A stretch of DNA of 50,233 bases, from positions 1 through 50,233 of the forward strand of contig JAJZPU010000001.1 in assembly GCA_021811055.1 (NCBI GenBank). The letters are read 5' to 3'. Position 1 is the stretch's first letter, and every line of letters begins with the position of its first letter. Below are positions 1-9,278 of the stretch, in pieces. The stretch is from a bacterium. Lineage in GTDB: Bacteria > Patescibacteriota > Minisyncoccia > UBA6257 > GWB1-50-10. Under the pieces are notes generated by a model. It made no database searches. It was not told the origin of the DNA and saw only the letters and a program-made list of their open reading frames with translations. A program made the position numbers and the translations under genes.

Positions 1-1
1 T

Positions 2-1750
2 CTCATCACACTTTTTTTTCCGCGGATAAACGGGTTTTCGGAACGGATTGGCTTTTCCATCGCAACGTCGATTTCTCTCGGAGTAGTGACGAGTATCGTG
101 TTCATCGGATTGCGTTTCCCGCTCGCGGAGGTATTTTTTATATGGAATACGATTATTTCCCTTTTCCTCGCGGTTGTCTTGAGAAAAAAACTGTTTCTTA
201 TTCGGGAAGAATGGAGAGACACAAAACTAAAAGAAAAAATATTCATCGGCGGGGCCCTTTTTATCTCAATACTTGCGGGTGTTTTTATTTTAGCGATACA
301 TACGGGATATCCATGGGCAATTCATGCCGATGAATGGTGGCAAATAGGGACTGTGCAGAATGTTCTTGAGGGTGCATCACTGCATACACACCCATATCTT
401 TTCAATGACTTTTCAAATAACAAACCAGGATTTTCAAGCTACACAGCAATGCTTTTAGATGCTACGGGAGGGGATCCGGTGAACGCGTGGCCTTACATGC
501 CGGCACTCGGTGTATTTTTCATTTCTTTTGTCGGATCTCTCTTTATTTTTGCAAAAACAAAAAGTTTTTTGGCGGGGATGCTACTCCCGATTTTTTTTGT
601 TGCACTCCGATCGAATGCATATTCGCTCGGGTGGTGGTTTTTTGTTCCCTCGATGTTTGCACTGTTCTTTATACTTGTTGTTTTTTTCACCTCGTCGCTA
701 TGGACACGACATCTCCCGGAATTTTTTTGGGTGTGTCTTATTTTTAGCGCACTCGCGCTTGTGTATTTCCCATTCGCGGTGCTTTTGTTTCTCTGTTTCC
801 TCCCGGCTATTTTCAAGAATATAAGAAAAAGACGGGTGAAATTAATGGTATACATCGGAATGTTTTTTTTGGTACTCGCGGGGGTGTATATTGCAGAATC
901 TATGAGTCCCTATAGAGAATTTTGGAGAATGGCAGATGGTGTTTCTCTCCCTTCTTTTTTATCGCAGTCAAAAATTATCCAAACGTTTTTTGTTCCTCTT
1001 TCCGCGACGTTTCATTTTGCGGGAAGGGTTGGTTTTTTCAGTACGGTTCCCATTCTTCTTTTTGTATCCGCTCTTGTTGGTTTTTTTCTTACCCGAAAAG
1101 ATAATTGGGCAGAGAGCATTCGCTTCGGTTTTTTAATTGGGATTGCGATGCTTCTTTTCGGAATTGTTACCGGAGTTTCGTTTTTTGTATTCTATCAACG
1201 TCTATTTTATTTTGTGGGAATTATAGTTGCGATATTGGGAACGATGGGGGTGGTCCTGAGTATCGAGAAAATCCGTTTGCACTGGGACAAAGAACAACTC
1301 CCCGCGTTGTGGAAAACTGTCGTAACGTTTTTTTTAATGGCGACATTTTTTTTGGTTCTCTTTAATAAATATTTTATTCTTCCTAACGGCGCGGGTCTGT
1401 ATGAATTGGTGAATAAAGACGATCTCGCCGCGTTACTGTGGCTGAAAGAAAATAGCGAAAGATTTAATGGAATGGGGGTGGTGGCAAATCAAGCGGTGGG
1501 GACTCTTGTCACCCCATTTACTCGTCTTCCGTCGAAGGTTTCGTTTCTTACTTCACAAAGCGCGGGCGCACTCATCAATCCCGCCGGGTTCATGGCGGAA
1601 GAAGAAGGGGAGTGCGGAAAAAAGGAAAAAATATTGGTGGACCTTAGCGCAAAAATCCTCTATGCAAAAAAACCGCAGGAATGCCCATTTTTAGAGGAAG
1701 TATATCGAAATCCAAGTGTATTTATCTACCTCTATATAACAGGAAAATGA
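2..1750 (+). CDS. Polytopic membrane protein, probable GT-C-type glycosyltransferase (5'-truncated)
   Basis: The frame is open from the window edge (LITLFFPRINGFSERIGFSIATSISLGVV) into the 86..1750 ORF. Many hydrophobic helices, acidic loop motif IHADEWWQ after an early TM, soluble C-terminal domain (DDLAALLWLKEN). Confidence 0.6.
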   Translation, partial: LITLFFPRINGFSERIGFSIATSISLGVVTSIVFIGLRFPLAEVFFIWNTIISLFLAVVLRKKLFLIREEWRDTKLKEKIFIGGALFISILAGVFILAIHTGYPWAIHADEWWQIGTVQNVLEGASLHTHPYLFNDFSNNKPGFSSYTAMLLDATGGDPVNAWPYMPALGVFFISFVGSLFIFAKTKSFLAGMLLPIFFVALRSNAYSLGWWFFVPSMFALFFILVVFFTSSLWTRHLPEFFWVCLIFSALALVYFPFAVLLFLCFLPAIFKNIRKRRVKLMVYIGMFFLVLAGVYIAESMSPYREFWRMADGVSLPSFLSQSKIIQTFFVPLSATFHFAGRVGFFSTVPILLFVSALVGFFLTRKDNWAESIRFGFLIGIAMLLFGIVTGVSFFVFYQRLFYFVGIIVAILGTMGVVLSIEKIRLHWDKEQLPALWKTVVTFFLMATFFLVLFNKYFILPNGAGLYELVNKDDLAALLWLKENSERFNGMGVVANQAVGTLVTPFTRLPSKVSFLTSQSAGALINPAGFMAEEEGECGKKEKILVDLSAKILYAKKPQECPFLEEVYRNPSVFIYLYITGK

Positions 1751-1867
1751 GATATTGTTTATATCTCTTGATTTCGGAAGGGATACCGAAGGGGGGTGAA
1801 AAATATAAGAAAGAAGGATAAAATTATTGTGAACGATGTGGTATAATAAATAGCAATCAAGAAAAAC

Positions 1868-4800
1868 GTGAAATTCACAAAGTCATTTCTGGTATTTTTA
1901 TTCGTAAGCGTTGCCATTGCCACTTTTTTTGTTGCCGTGTTTTACACCGACACGGTGAAGGCCGCGTTATGGTCTGTGAATAGTTCTGATTCTTTAACTC
2001 TTTCTCCCTCTACAAATTCAATTTCTCTTTCGTGGTCATTGAGCCAAATAAATGGCGGGACTCAAACTATTTATCGTAACGGATCCGCCATTACTTCGGT
2101 GGGCGTAGGAACTTCCTCATACACAAATTCCGGACTGGCTACGTGTACCTCGTATTCCTACAGTGTATGTTCCGCATATGGGTGTGCTTCTGCTTCCGTA
2201 TCTACAACCGGATGCGACCCGTGTGCAGGAGTGACGTGTAATGCTTACTGTTCCGGTTCAACCGCATACTATTCCGGATATTGTTCGGGCGGCGCGTGTT
2301 ATTATTCGACCGATAACTGTGCGAACGGGTTTTGCAGTGGTATGGTGCCATATCCCGGATCAACGTGTACTTCTGGAGTATGTAATCGCACTGCCGGATC
2401 GACGTGTCTTTCATCAACGTGTTCGGGAACGACATATTTATACAGTGGTTATTGTTCGGCGGGTTCATGTGGCTACGGTGCATCGTCAATCACTGCGGGT
2501 ACGTGTGGCGCAGTATGTACTCCTGGAACAACGCGGACGATGTATGCGAATTCGCAAATGGCGTGTGGTAATTCGTGTTTAAGCGAAACACAAACCTGTA
2601 ATAGTAGCGGAACAGGATGGTCCGGATCATACACATTAACATCGTGTACTCCCACAACGCGGACAGCGTACGGAGCACTTACCTCCGCGTGTGGAACATA
2701 TTCGTATACGAGCGAAACGCAGACTTGTCAAACAAGCGGCGCATGGAGTCCTTATAATTACACACTTACCTCTCCACCTTCCGCAACTACTCAAACTCGT
2801 TATGCCGCGGCAACATCCGCTTGCGGTACCTACGGATCAAACAGTGAAACGCAGACGTGCCAATCAAATGGATCGTTCAGCGGTACGTACACCCTAACTT
2901 CTCCCGCCACTGTTACCACTCAAACTCGTTATGCCGCGGCAACATCCGCTTGCGGTACCTACGGATCAAACAGTGAAACGCAGACGTGCCAATCAAATGG
3001 ATCGTTCAGCGGTACGTACACCCTAACTTCTCCCGCCACCATTACTACTCGTACACGCTATGCCGCGGCAACATCTGCATGTGGAACCTACGGATCAAAC
3101 AGTGAAACTCAATCGTGTCTTGCGGGGGGATCGTTTAGCGGTTCCTATACACTTACATCACCACCATCAGCGAGTACAAGAACAATGTATGCGGCGTCTT
3201 CCGTTGCGTGTGGTGGTGTGTGTTCAAGCGAAACGCAGACGTGTCTTTCGAGCGGATCGTGGAGCGGAACGTATGCATACAGTTCATGTAGCGTTACGGC
3301 GTGTCCTCCGGCGACTCCAGGTGCCCCCACGCTCACCGGATCGACACAATCATCAGTGAGCATCTCGTGGTCCGCGGTAGCGAATGCACTCGAATATTAC
3401 ATGTATAAAGACGGAGTCTATGTGGGGTACGTTTCTTATCTTAACCCTCTTTCATATACATTTAGTGGGCTTTCTTGTTCCACAAACTATTCAATAACGA
3501 TTTCTGCGGTAGGATCCGGAGGGGCATCTGGGCAATCATCCCCTCTTCTTGCTCTTACCCAGCTTTGTATTCCGGCGACAACCGCTCCATCGAATGGATC
3601 ATGGGTTAATTCACGGCAGTTTTGTGCGTGGGTTGATGGATATCCGGGGGTTTCAACGCGAGGAAAATTTGTTATAGGAGGAACGACATATAACGGAGGA
3701 TATAATGTGGGAGACGGATCAAGTTGTTATACACATACCGGGGATCTAAGCGGGGTGTCGTGGTATGTCTACTCGGAAGATTCGGCATTGCGCACAAGTC
3801 CTAATTCAGCTTCGTGGACAGCATATATTGATACGGTCGCGCCGACACCGAATCCACCGACTATTTCTTTAACATCGGCGGATTCGTCCTCTGTGACTGC
3901 GACGATCTCGAGCGGGTCCGATACGGCATCTGGGTTGAATGCCACTCCATACGGATTCTCCATTGATGGCGGCGCATATACATGGCAGTCGGGCACATCG
4001 AAAGCTTTTTCCGGTGTTTCGTGTGGGGTGTCTCATACGGTTACAGGAAAGATCCGTGACGCCGCAGGAAATGAAACGTCTGTGGGGAGTGGAACAATAA
4101 CTCCACTTTGTGCGCCTACGGGGGTTTCCGCAGTATTTTCGTACGGGGGAACGCCCACATTGGAACGCGTTGATATTTCTTGGAACGCGGTTTCCGGAGC
4201 AACCTCGTATACGATTTATGAAAAGGTGAATGGAGGGAGCTGGCAGACGATAAGCCCCGATTATTCGTGGGGGGCGACATCAAAGAGCGTCCGGAACGGA
4301 ACGCTTTCCTGCGGAAGCACATACGAATATGCGGTAGTCGCGAATGGTCCGACGGGATCATCCTCAATGTCCGCCTCGAGCGGAGTCATGACCTACACTA
4401 CTCCGGGATCGCTTCCTAATTTTGCTATTTATGCATCAAACAACACATCGATTTGGCTCTCAACCTGGTGGGGAAGTCCGTATCTTCCAAGCGGGGGAGC
4501 GGCGCCTCTTTATAACATCCGCAGGAACGGAGTGCTCATCGCAACGATCCCACAGTATGACTATATAGATTCCGGACTCAGCCAGAATACCTTATATTCT
4601 TATACGATCCAGCCGACAAACGCCTGCGGAGGAGGACCGACAAGTCCGTCGTATTCTGGACGCACACTGGGAAGTATGTCGATGTCTCAGGGGGGTTCGA
4701 CTCAAACCTCCATATCCGCGTGCTGGAGCGATCCCGTGAACCCCAGCCACCCAGACGTTGATACGTACAATTACCGGAATATCATACGAAACTCGGGCGC

Positions 4801-5983
4801 TGCCTCTTATTCCTCTCTGGTCGGTTCGACATCGGGATGCTGGAGCGACACGGGACTCTCGTGCGGGACGGGGTACACATATATCGCGCGATCAGGACTC
4901 ACGGTTATGAATAAAGGGAACGGAACGGGTCTCGCGGGCGCGAGTGTAGATTCGCCGACGTATACGTTTTATACAAGCGACTGTGATACAACACCTCCAA
5001 CATTTTCAATAACTGGATCGAATTCGAGTTGGACTACCTCTGCGAATGTGACCGCAACCGCAAGTGATGTGTCAGGAGTTTCCTATGTGCGCCATTGCTG
5101 GGCTGATACAGGAACCATGCCTCCGTGCGATCCGGGAACGACAAGCGCGAATACATTCACAAATGGCGCTACACTCACACAAACAACGTCGGGATCGTCG
5201 TGGTATGTATGTTTCAGGGCAAGCGATACGAACGGAAATTGGACTCCCGCGCCGACCTCGGTTAATTACGCCTCATATTGTTGGGGACCGGTTCGTGTTG
5301 ATACAACCGCACCAACACCGAATCCTCCAAGTCCTTCGGAATCAAGTACCAGTGCGGACTCTATCACTGTTGTAATGGGCACAACGGGATCTGATGCGCA
5401 TTCTGGAATGAACAGTACGCCATATGGATATGCAATAGACGGTGGATCATATTCGTGGACGAGTTCTGGTGCAAATACATTTTCAGGACTTTTGTGTGAA
5501 ACAAATCATACGATTTATGGGAAATTACAGGACGCGGTGGGAAATCAGACATCCGCGGGAAGTGTCAGTATCACGACCGGATCGTGTGTCGTTGCTCCTA
5601 CAACAGTTAGTGCAGTGACCGCAACGGAAAAATCTGGGGGAGGAGGGCTTAGCGCATCATGGACAAATGTAGGTGCAAATGGATATAGGGTGTATTTAAG
5701 AGGAGGAAGATCAAGCGCAAATACCACCACGCTTATAACGGATACCGGAAATGCCACAATCCCTTCACAAACAGGGCTTGATTGTCCAGGAACATATTCC
5801 GTTATCGTGGTTCCTTACAATAGCGATACGAGTCTTGGTGGTGGCACTCATTCAAGTTGTATAAGTGCTTTTTCGGACCCATTGCTTTCAGGGGTATTGG
5901 TTCCCACAAACAGAAAATGTGCAGCGCCAACCGTTGGTACAGTGAGTCTTACATCGTGCACTAAAGGGTTCTTATTCGAATAA
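1868..5983 (+). CDS. Large secreted Cys/Ser/Thr/Gly-rich surface protein with FN3/Ig-like domains and ~43-aa tandem repeats
   Basis: Signal peptide MKFTKSFLVFLFVSVAIATFFVAVFYTDTVKA; FN3-like segments (SISLSWS..YTNSGL..YSYSV); DTxAPT Ig-like linkers; six TRTxY..AC..SETQTC..G.WSG.YT repeats; extended -10 (TGGTATAAT) about 20 nt upstream. Confidence 0.8.
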   Translation: MKFTKSFLVFLFVSVAIATFFVAVFYTDTVKAALWSVNSSDSLTLSPSTNSISLSWSLSQINGGTQTIYRNGSAITSVGVGTSSYTNSGLATCTSYSYSVCSAYGCASASVSTTGCDPCAGVTCNAYCSGSTAYYSGYCSGGACYYSTDNCANGFCSGMVPYPGSTCTSGVCNRTAGSTCLSSTCSGTTYLYSGYCSAGSCGYGASSITAGTCGAVCTPGTTRTMYANSQMACGNSCLSETQTCNSSGTGWSGSYTLTSCTPTTRTAYGALTSACGTYSYTSETQTCQTSGAWSPYNYTLTSPPSATTQTRYAAATSACGTYGSNSETQTCQSNGSFSGTYTLTSPATVTTQTRYAAATSACGTYGSNSETQTCQSNGSFSGTYTLTSPATITTRTRYAAATSACGTYGSNSETQSCLAGGSFSGSYTLTSPPSASTRTMYAASSVACGGVCSSETQTCLSSGSWSGTYAYSSCSVTACPPATPGAPTLTGSTQSSVSISWSAVANALEYYMYKDGVYVGYVSYLNPLSYTFSGLSCSTNYSITISAVGSGGASGQSSPLLALTQLCIPATTAPSNGSWVNSRQFCAWVDGYPGVSTRGKFVIGGTTYNGGYNVGDGSSCYTHTGDLSGVSWYVYSEDSALRTSPNSASWTAYIDTVAPTPNPPTISLTSADSSSVTATISSGSDTASGLNATPYGFSIDGGAYTWQSGTSKAFSGVSCGVSHTVTGKIRDAAGNETSVGSGTITPLCAPTGVSAVFSYGGTPTLERVDISWNAVSGATSYTIYEKVNGGSWQTISPDYSWGATSKSVRNGTLSCGSTYEYAVVANGPTGSSSMSASSGVMTYTTPGSLPNFAIYASNNTSIWLSTWWGSPYLPSGGAAPLYNIRRNGVLIATIPQYDYIDSGLSQNTLYSYTIQPTNACGGGPTSPSYSGRTLGSMSMSQGGSTQTSISACWSDPVNPSHPDVDTYNYRNIIRNSGAASYSSLVGSTSGCWSDTGLSCGTGYTYIARSGLTVMNKGNGTGLAGASVDSPTYTFYTSDCDTTPPTFSITGSNSSWTTSANVTATASDVSGVSYVRHCWADTGTMPPCDPGTTSANTFTNGATLTQTTSGSSWYVCFRASDTNGNWTPAPTSVNYASYCWGPVRVDTTAPTPNPPSPSESSTSADSITVVMGTTGSDAHSGMNSTPYGYAIDGGSYSWTSSGANTFSGLLCETNHTIYGKLQDAVGNQTSAGSVSITTGSCVVAPTTVSAVTATEKSGGGGLSASWTNVGANGYRVYLRGGRSSANTTTLITDTGNATIPSQTGLDCPGTYSVIVVPYNSDTSLGGGTHSSCISAFSDPLLSGVLVPTNRKCAAPTVGTVSLTSCTKGFLFE
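2789..3039 (+). repeat. Exact 122-bp tandem duplication (period 129 bp) inside the surface-protein gene
   Basis: 2789-2910 is identical to 2918-3039 (actcaaactcgttatgccgcgg...ctcccgccac). Diverged copies flank it at about 2530-3300. Confidence 0.95.
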
Positions 5984-5987
5984 AGAT

Positions 5988-6578
5988 ATGAAAAACGATA
6001 CCTCAAAAGATATAAAGATAATACTTATCGTAATCGGATGTGTGGTGGTCATTGTGCTTGGAGTGATAATTTTTTCGAATAAAAAACCTCCAGCGGCTCT
6101 CGATGGTGTGACGGAAGATGTCGGACAATCCGAAATCACGGAACCGGGAAATATGGCCACTGGGTCAAACCAGGAGGTGAATGTTTCCGCAACGGGAAAC
6201 ACCGGTCTTACACCGTACGAACGGCAAGTTGAAGCATTAAAGACAGCGTCACTTACGAAAGCGGACATGGAGGAGTCGCTTGGTACGGGATTGAAGGAAA
6301 AGTTCAAGGTATTTAATCTGCGAATAACCGCGGATGGATATATTCCGAATGCAATCATTGTCGAAAAAGGAGATGCGGTGCAGTTGAATATGGCGGCGGA
6401 CGAAGATGCCGATATACAATCACAGGATTTCAATTTCTTCGTTCCCGTTCCAGCAAAAGAGGTGACGAACCTCGGGTTTATTGCAAATAAAGAAGGGACA
6501 TTCGTTTTCTATTGCAGAAATCAGTGTCTTGGAAAAGATCGGATATTCGGACATATAGTGGTACGGCCACGTTCATAG
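5988..6578 (+). CDS. Membrane-anchored cupredoxin-fold protein
   Basis: N-terminal TM; C-terminal GYIPNAIIVEKGDAVQL...EGTFVFYCRNQC...GHIVV pattern of cupredoxin-like domains. Confidence 0.7.
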   Translation: MKNDTSKDIKIILIVIGCVVVIVLGVIIFSNKKPPAALDGVTEDVGQSEITEPGNMATGSNQEVNVSATGNTGLTPYERQVEALKTASLTKADMEESLGTGLKEKFKVFNLRITADGYIPNAIIVEKGDAVQLNMAADEDADIQSQDFNFFVPVPAKEVTNLGFIANKEGTFVFYCRNQCLGKDRIFGHIVVRPRS

Positions 6579-6657
6579 TTGTCCACATTACTTTTTTTTC
6601 TAAGAGATATATACTAAAAAAGAACTATATAAAAACGGTCGATTTAATTTTTAGCTC

Positions 6658-7098
6658 ATGCGTATGAACAAAATGAATAGAATGCTTCTGTGGGTTGTCG
6701 CAGTGCTTGTCGTGATACTTCTGATACTTGTGGTATGGCAGATATTCTTCGGGAAATCGTCGTATTATGCCGTGTATATGCGGACGGGGGATCTCTATTT
6801 TGGAAAACTTATACGATTCCCATCGTTCGGACTGAAGAACGTATATACATTGCAGGTGACTCAGGACAGCCAGAATCCGGTTCGCGTACAGAAATTTGCC
6901 GATGTGTTTTGGGGTCCGGAAGATTACCTCAAGATAAACAAGGAGGAGGTGGTGTGGTATACGAAATTGAAGAGTGAAGGACAGCTTTCTCAGCTTATTG
7001 CCACAAATCCGAATCTTGTGCCGCAACAGACACAGCAACAGGTACAGCAACAGCAGGCGCCGGTAGAACAGAATAATTCGGGCGCGGTAAAGGAATAA
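6658..7098 (+). CDS. Conserved hypothetical membrane-anchored protein (CPR-type YYAVYMRTGDLYFGKL family)
   Basis: N-terminal TM, YYAVY..G.LYFGKL...WGPED...IN motif, Gln-rich tail. The start may be 6664 or 6673. Confidence 0.65.
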   Translation: MRMNKMNRMLLWVVAVLVVILLILVVWQIFFGKSSYYAVYMRTGDLYFGKLIRFPSFGLKNVYTLQVTQDSQNPVRVQKFADVFWGPEDYLKINKEEVVWYTKLKSEGQLSQLIATNPNLVPQQTQQQVQQQQAPVEQNNSGAVKE

Positions 7099-7110
7099 GT
7101 AAGTAGTAAG

Positions 7111-7153
7111 AAAAAAATCCCCCGTCCGCCAACCGGCAGAGGGGGATTTTTTT
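7111..7153. terminator. Bidirectional intrinsic terminator between convergent genes
   Basis: AAAAAAATCCCCC (7111-7123) / GGGGGATTTTTTT (7141-7153), a perfect 13-bp inverted repeat with T-runs on both strands. Confidence 0.85.
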
Positions 7154-7167
7154 GTTTTATAAACAAA

Positions 7168-7767
7168 TCAGCGTCGTCCATCAAATGCATTTCTGAGTGT
7201 TTCTTCGTCAGCAAATTCTATGTCGCCCCCCGTGGGAATCCCGCGACCGAGACGAGTGATCTTCACGGATATTCCCTTAAACCCCTGTCGTATGAGTTCG
7301 GATACGAAATCACCGAATGTGTTCGGTCCGAGCGCTATTATTATTTCCCCCGGAGATTCATTTAATTCTTCGATAATTCGATTCTTCAGTTTTTGGAGGC
7401 GTTGCTTTTGAATGTCGCCAAGAGGATTCCGGTGATCAAGTTCTCCTATGACACAGTACTGTCCGAAAAATTTTCCAGCCTTCTCTATGGAAAAAACATC
7501 GGTATCTTTTTCCACAATGGCAACAATATGTGCGTCGCGTTTCGGGTCCGCACAGAACACACAAAGTTTTTGGGTGCGTGATTTCACAAAAAAACAGCGC
7601 GGACACCGGTCAAGCCGCTCGAGTCCCTTCAATGCTTCCTGTATCTGTATTTGTTCGTGATCGGGAAGCGACGCAAGAAAAAACGAAAGCCGCGTTGCCA
7701 TTCGTGGTCCGATCGACGGCAGTTTCGAAAATGCATCTATAAAATTTTGAATTTCTGGGGGAAACAT
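7168..7767 (-). CDS. recR: Recombination mediator RecR
   Basis: LPSIGPRMATRL HhH motif, C4 zinc finger (CPRC..CVFC), TOPRIM IVEKDTD, ITRLGRGIPTGGDIEFADEETL. Confidence 0.95.
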   Translation of the reverse strand: MFPPEIQNFIDAFSKLPSIGPRMATRLSFFLASLPDHEQIQIQEALKGLERLDRCPRCFFVKSRTQKLCVFCADPKRDAHIVAIVEKDTDVFSIEKAGKFFGQYCVIGELDHRNPLGDIQKQRLQKLKNRIIEELNESPGEIIIALGPNTFGDFVSELIRQGFKGISVKITRLGRGIPTGGDIEFADEETLRNAFDGRR

Positions 7768-7770
7768 AAC

Positions 7771-7852
7771 GTAAGTATAAAGTATTCAGTATGAAGTATT
7801 AAGTATGGGAATATCGTGTTTTCTTTTATACTTTCTATTGGATACTTACTAC
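7771..7852. repeat. Inverted arrays of AAGTAT(A/T/G)-type heptamers
   Basis: aagtata aagtatt cagtatg aagtatt aagtatg, then a spacer, then the complementary arm ttatact ttctatt ggatact tactact. Confidence 0.75.
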
Positions 7853-9195
7853 TGTTCCGTGTGTACCGTATCAATGGTGTGAAAGCTCACTTTTTCCGGA
7901 TCGAAACGGAGTCGTACATTTCCCAATGGACCATTTCGATGTTTTGCCACGATGAGATCGACAATGTTCTGTTCCTCATCCGGAACATCGATGCGATCAC
8001 GGTCTTTGCGATAGATGAACATCACGACATCAGCGTCCTGCTCGAGTGAACCGGATTCGCGAAGATCGGAAAGTCGGGGAATTTTTACGTCGCGTTTATC
8101 GACTTCGCGGGAGAGTTGGGATAAGGCGAGAACGGGGATATTCAACTCGCGCGCCAGTGCCTTAAGTCCCCGCGATATCTCCGTTACTTGTTGTACCATG
8201 TTGTCATATCCTCCGGTGCGTGGCTGTATGAGCTGGAGATAGTCGATAACAAGAAAATCGAGTCCGTGTTCAAGCTGAAGGCGTCGTGCCGCTGATCGCA
8301 TCTGAAGCACCGAGGGGGAGGGGGTATCGTCGATGAAAAGACTCGTTTTCGAGAGTTCGTCGAGCGCCTGCTGTACCAGCGCGAATTCCATTTCTCCCTG
8401 AAGTCGTCCGGTTCTGAGGCGCCAAAGGGGTATTTTTGCCTGATTGGCGATAAGGCGGTCAATAATCTGCTCGCGTGACATTTCTATCGAGAATACACCG
8501 ACGGATTTTCCGTGGAGCGATATGTTGCGTGCGATATCGAGTGCGAGCGCGGTTTTTCCGAATGAGGGGCGCGCGCCAAGAATAATGAGATCGGAATTCT
8601 GAAACCCGGAAAGAATATTGTCGAGCTGGTGAAAATAGGAAGGAACGCCGCGAAGCATGCCGTCACCGCGGTGCAGTTTTTCGAGCCGTTCATAGGCATC
8701 GGTAAGTTCATCGCGAATAGGAATGAAATGTTGTGTTCGCGATTTTTGCGAAATATTAAATATCTTCTGTTCCACCGAATCAAGGAACGAGTCGAATTCG
8801 TCCGATTTGAACGCCTCTTCGTTTATTTCCGATGACGCATGAATGATCGCCCGTCGCACGCTCAGTTCTTTTACGATTTTCGCGTAGTGTTCGACATGTG
8901 CCGCGCTCGGTACGTTCGAAACAAGTTCGGCAAGATAGTCGGCACCGCCGGAATCCTTCATTTTTTTCTCTTTCTTCAGGAACATGGAAACGGTAAGCAC
9001 ATCGACCGGTTCTCCGCGTTCGAAAAGCGTGAGGATCGCTTCGAATATAGCCTGATGTGCCGGATGATAAAAATCGGAAGGGGAGAGAATGTCGGTAACA
9101 CGAATAATCGACAAGGGGTCGATCATGAGCGCGCCGAGCGCCGATACCTCTGCGTCGATATCGTGCGGCGGAAGTTTAATATTTTTTGTGGGCAT
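7849..9195 (-). CDS. dnaB: Replicative DNA helicase DnaB
   Basis: LPPHDIDAEVSALG N-terminus, Walker A GARPSFGKT, IDYLQL, SQLSR, DLRESGSLEQDAD, AKHRNGP. Confidence 0.98.
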   Translation of the reverse strand: MPTKNIKLPPHDIDAEVSALGALMIDPLSIIRVTDILSPSDFYHPAHQAIFEAILTLFERGEPVDVLTVSMFLKKEKKMKDSGGADYLAELVSNVPSAAHVEHYAKIVKELSVRRAIIHASSEINEEAFKSDEFDSFLDSVEQKIFNISQKSRTQHFIPIRDELTDAYERLEKLHRGDGMLRGVPSYFHQLDNILSGFQNSDLIILGARPSFGKTALALDIARNISLHGKSVGVFSIEMSREQIIDRLIANQAKIPLWRLRTGRLQGEMEFALVQQALDELSKTSLFIDDTPSPSVLQMRSAARRLQLEHGLDFLVIDYLQLIQPRTGGYDNMVQQVTEISRGLKALARELNIPVLALSQLSREVDKRDVKIPRLSDLRESGSLEQDADVVMFIYRKDRDRIDVPDEEQNIVDLIVAKHRNGPLGNVRLRFDPEKVSFHTIDTVHTEQ

Positions 9196-9197
9196 GC

Positions 9198-9278
9198 AAA
9201 AGTATAAAGTATACGGTATTAAGTATTTACGTATTCGATTTTTTCAGACCGAATACTTATTCTTCTCTACTTAATACT
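9198..9278. repeat. Inverted arrays of AAGTAT-type heptamers
   Basis: aagtata aagtata cggtatt aagtatt ... cgaatac ttattct tctctac ttaatac. Confidence 0.7.
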
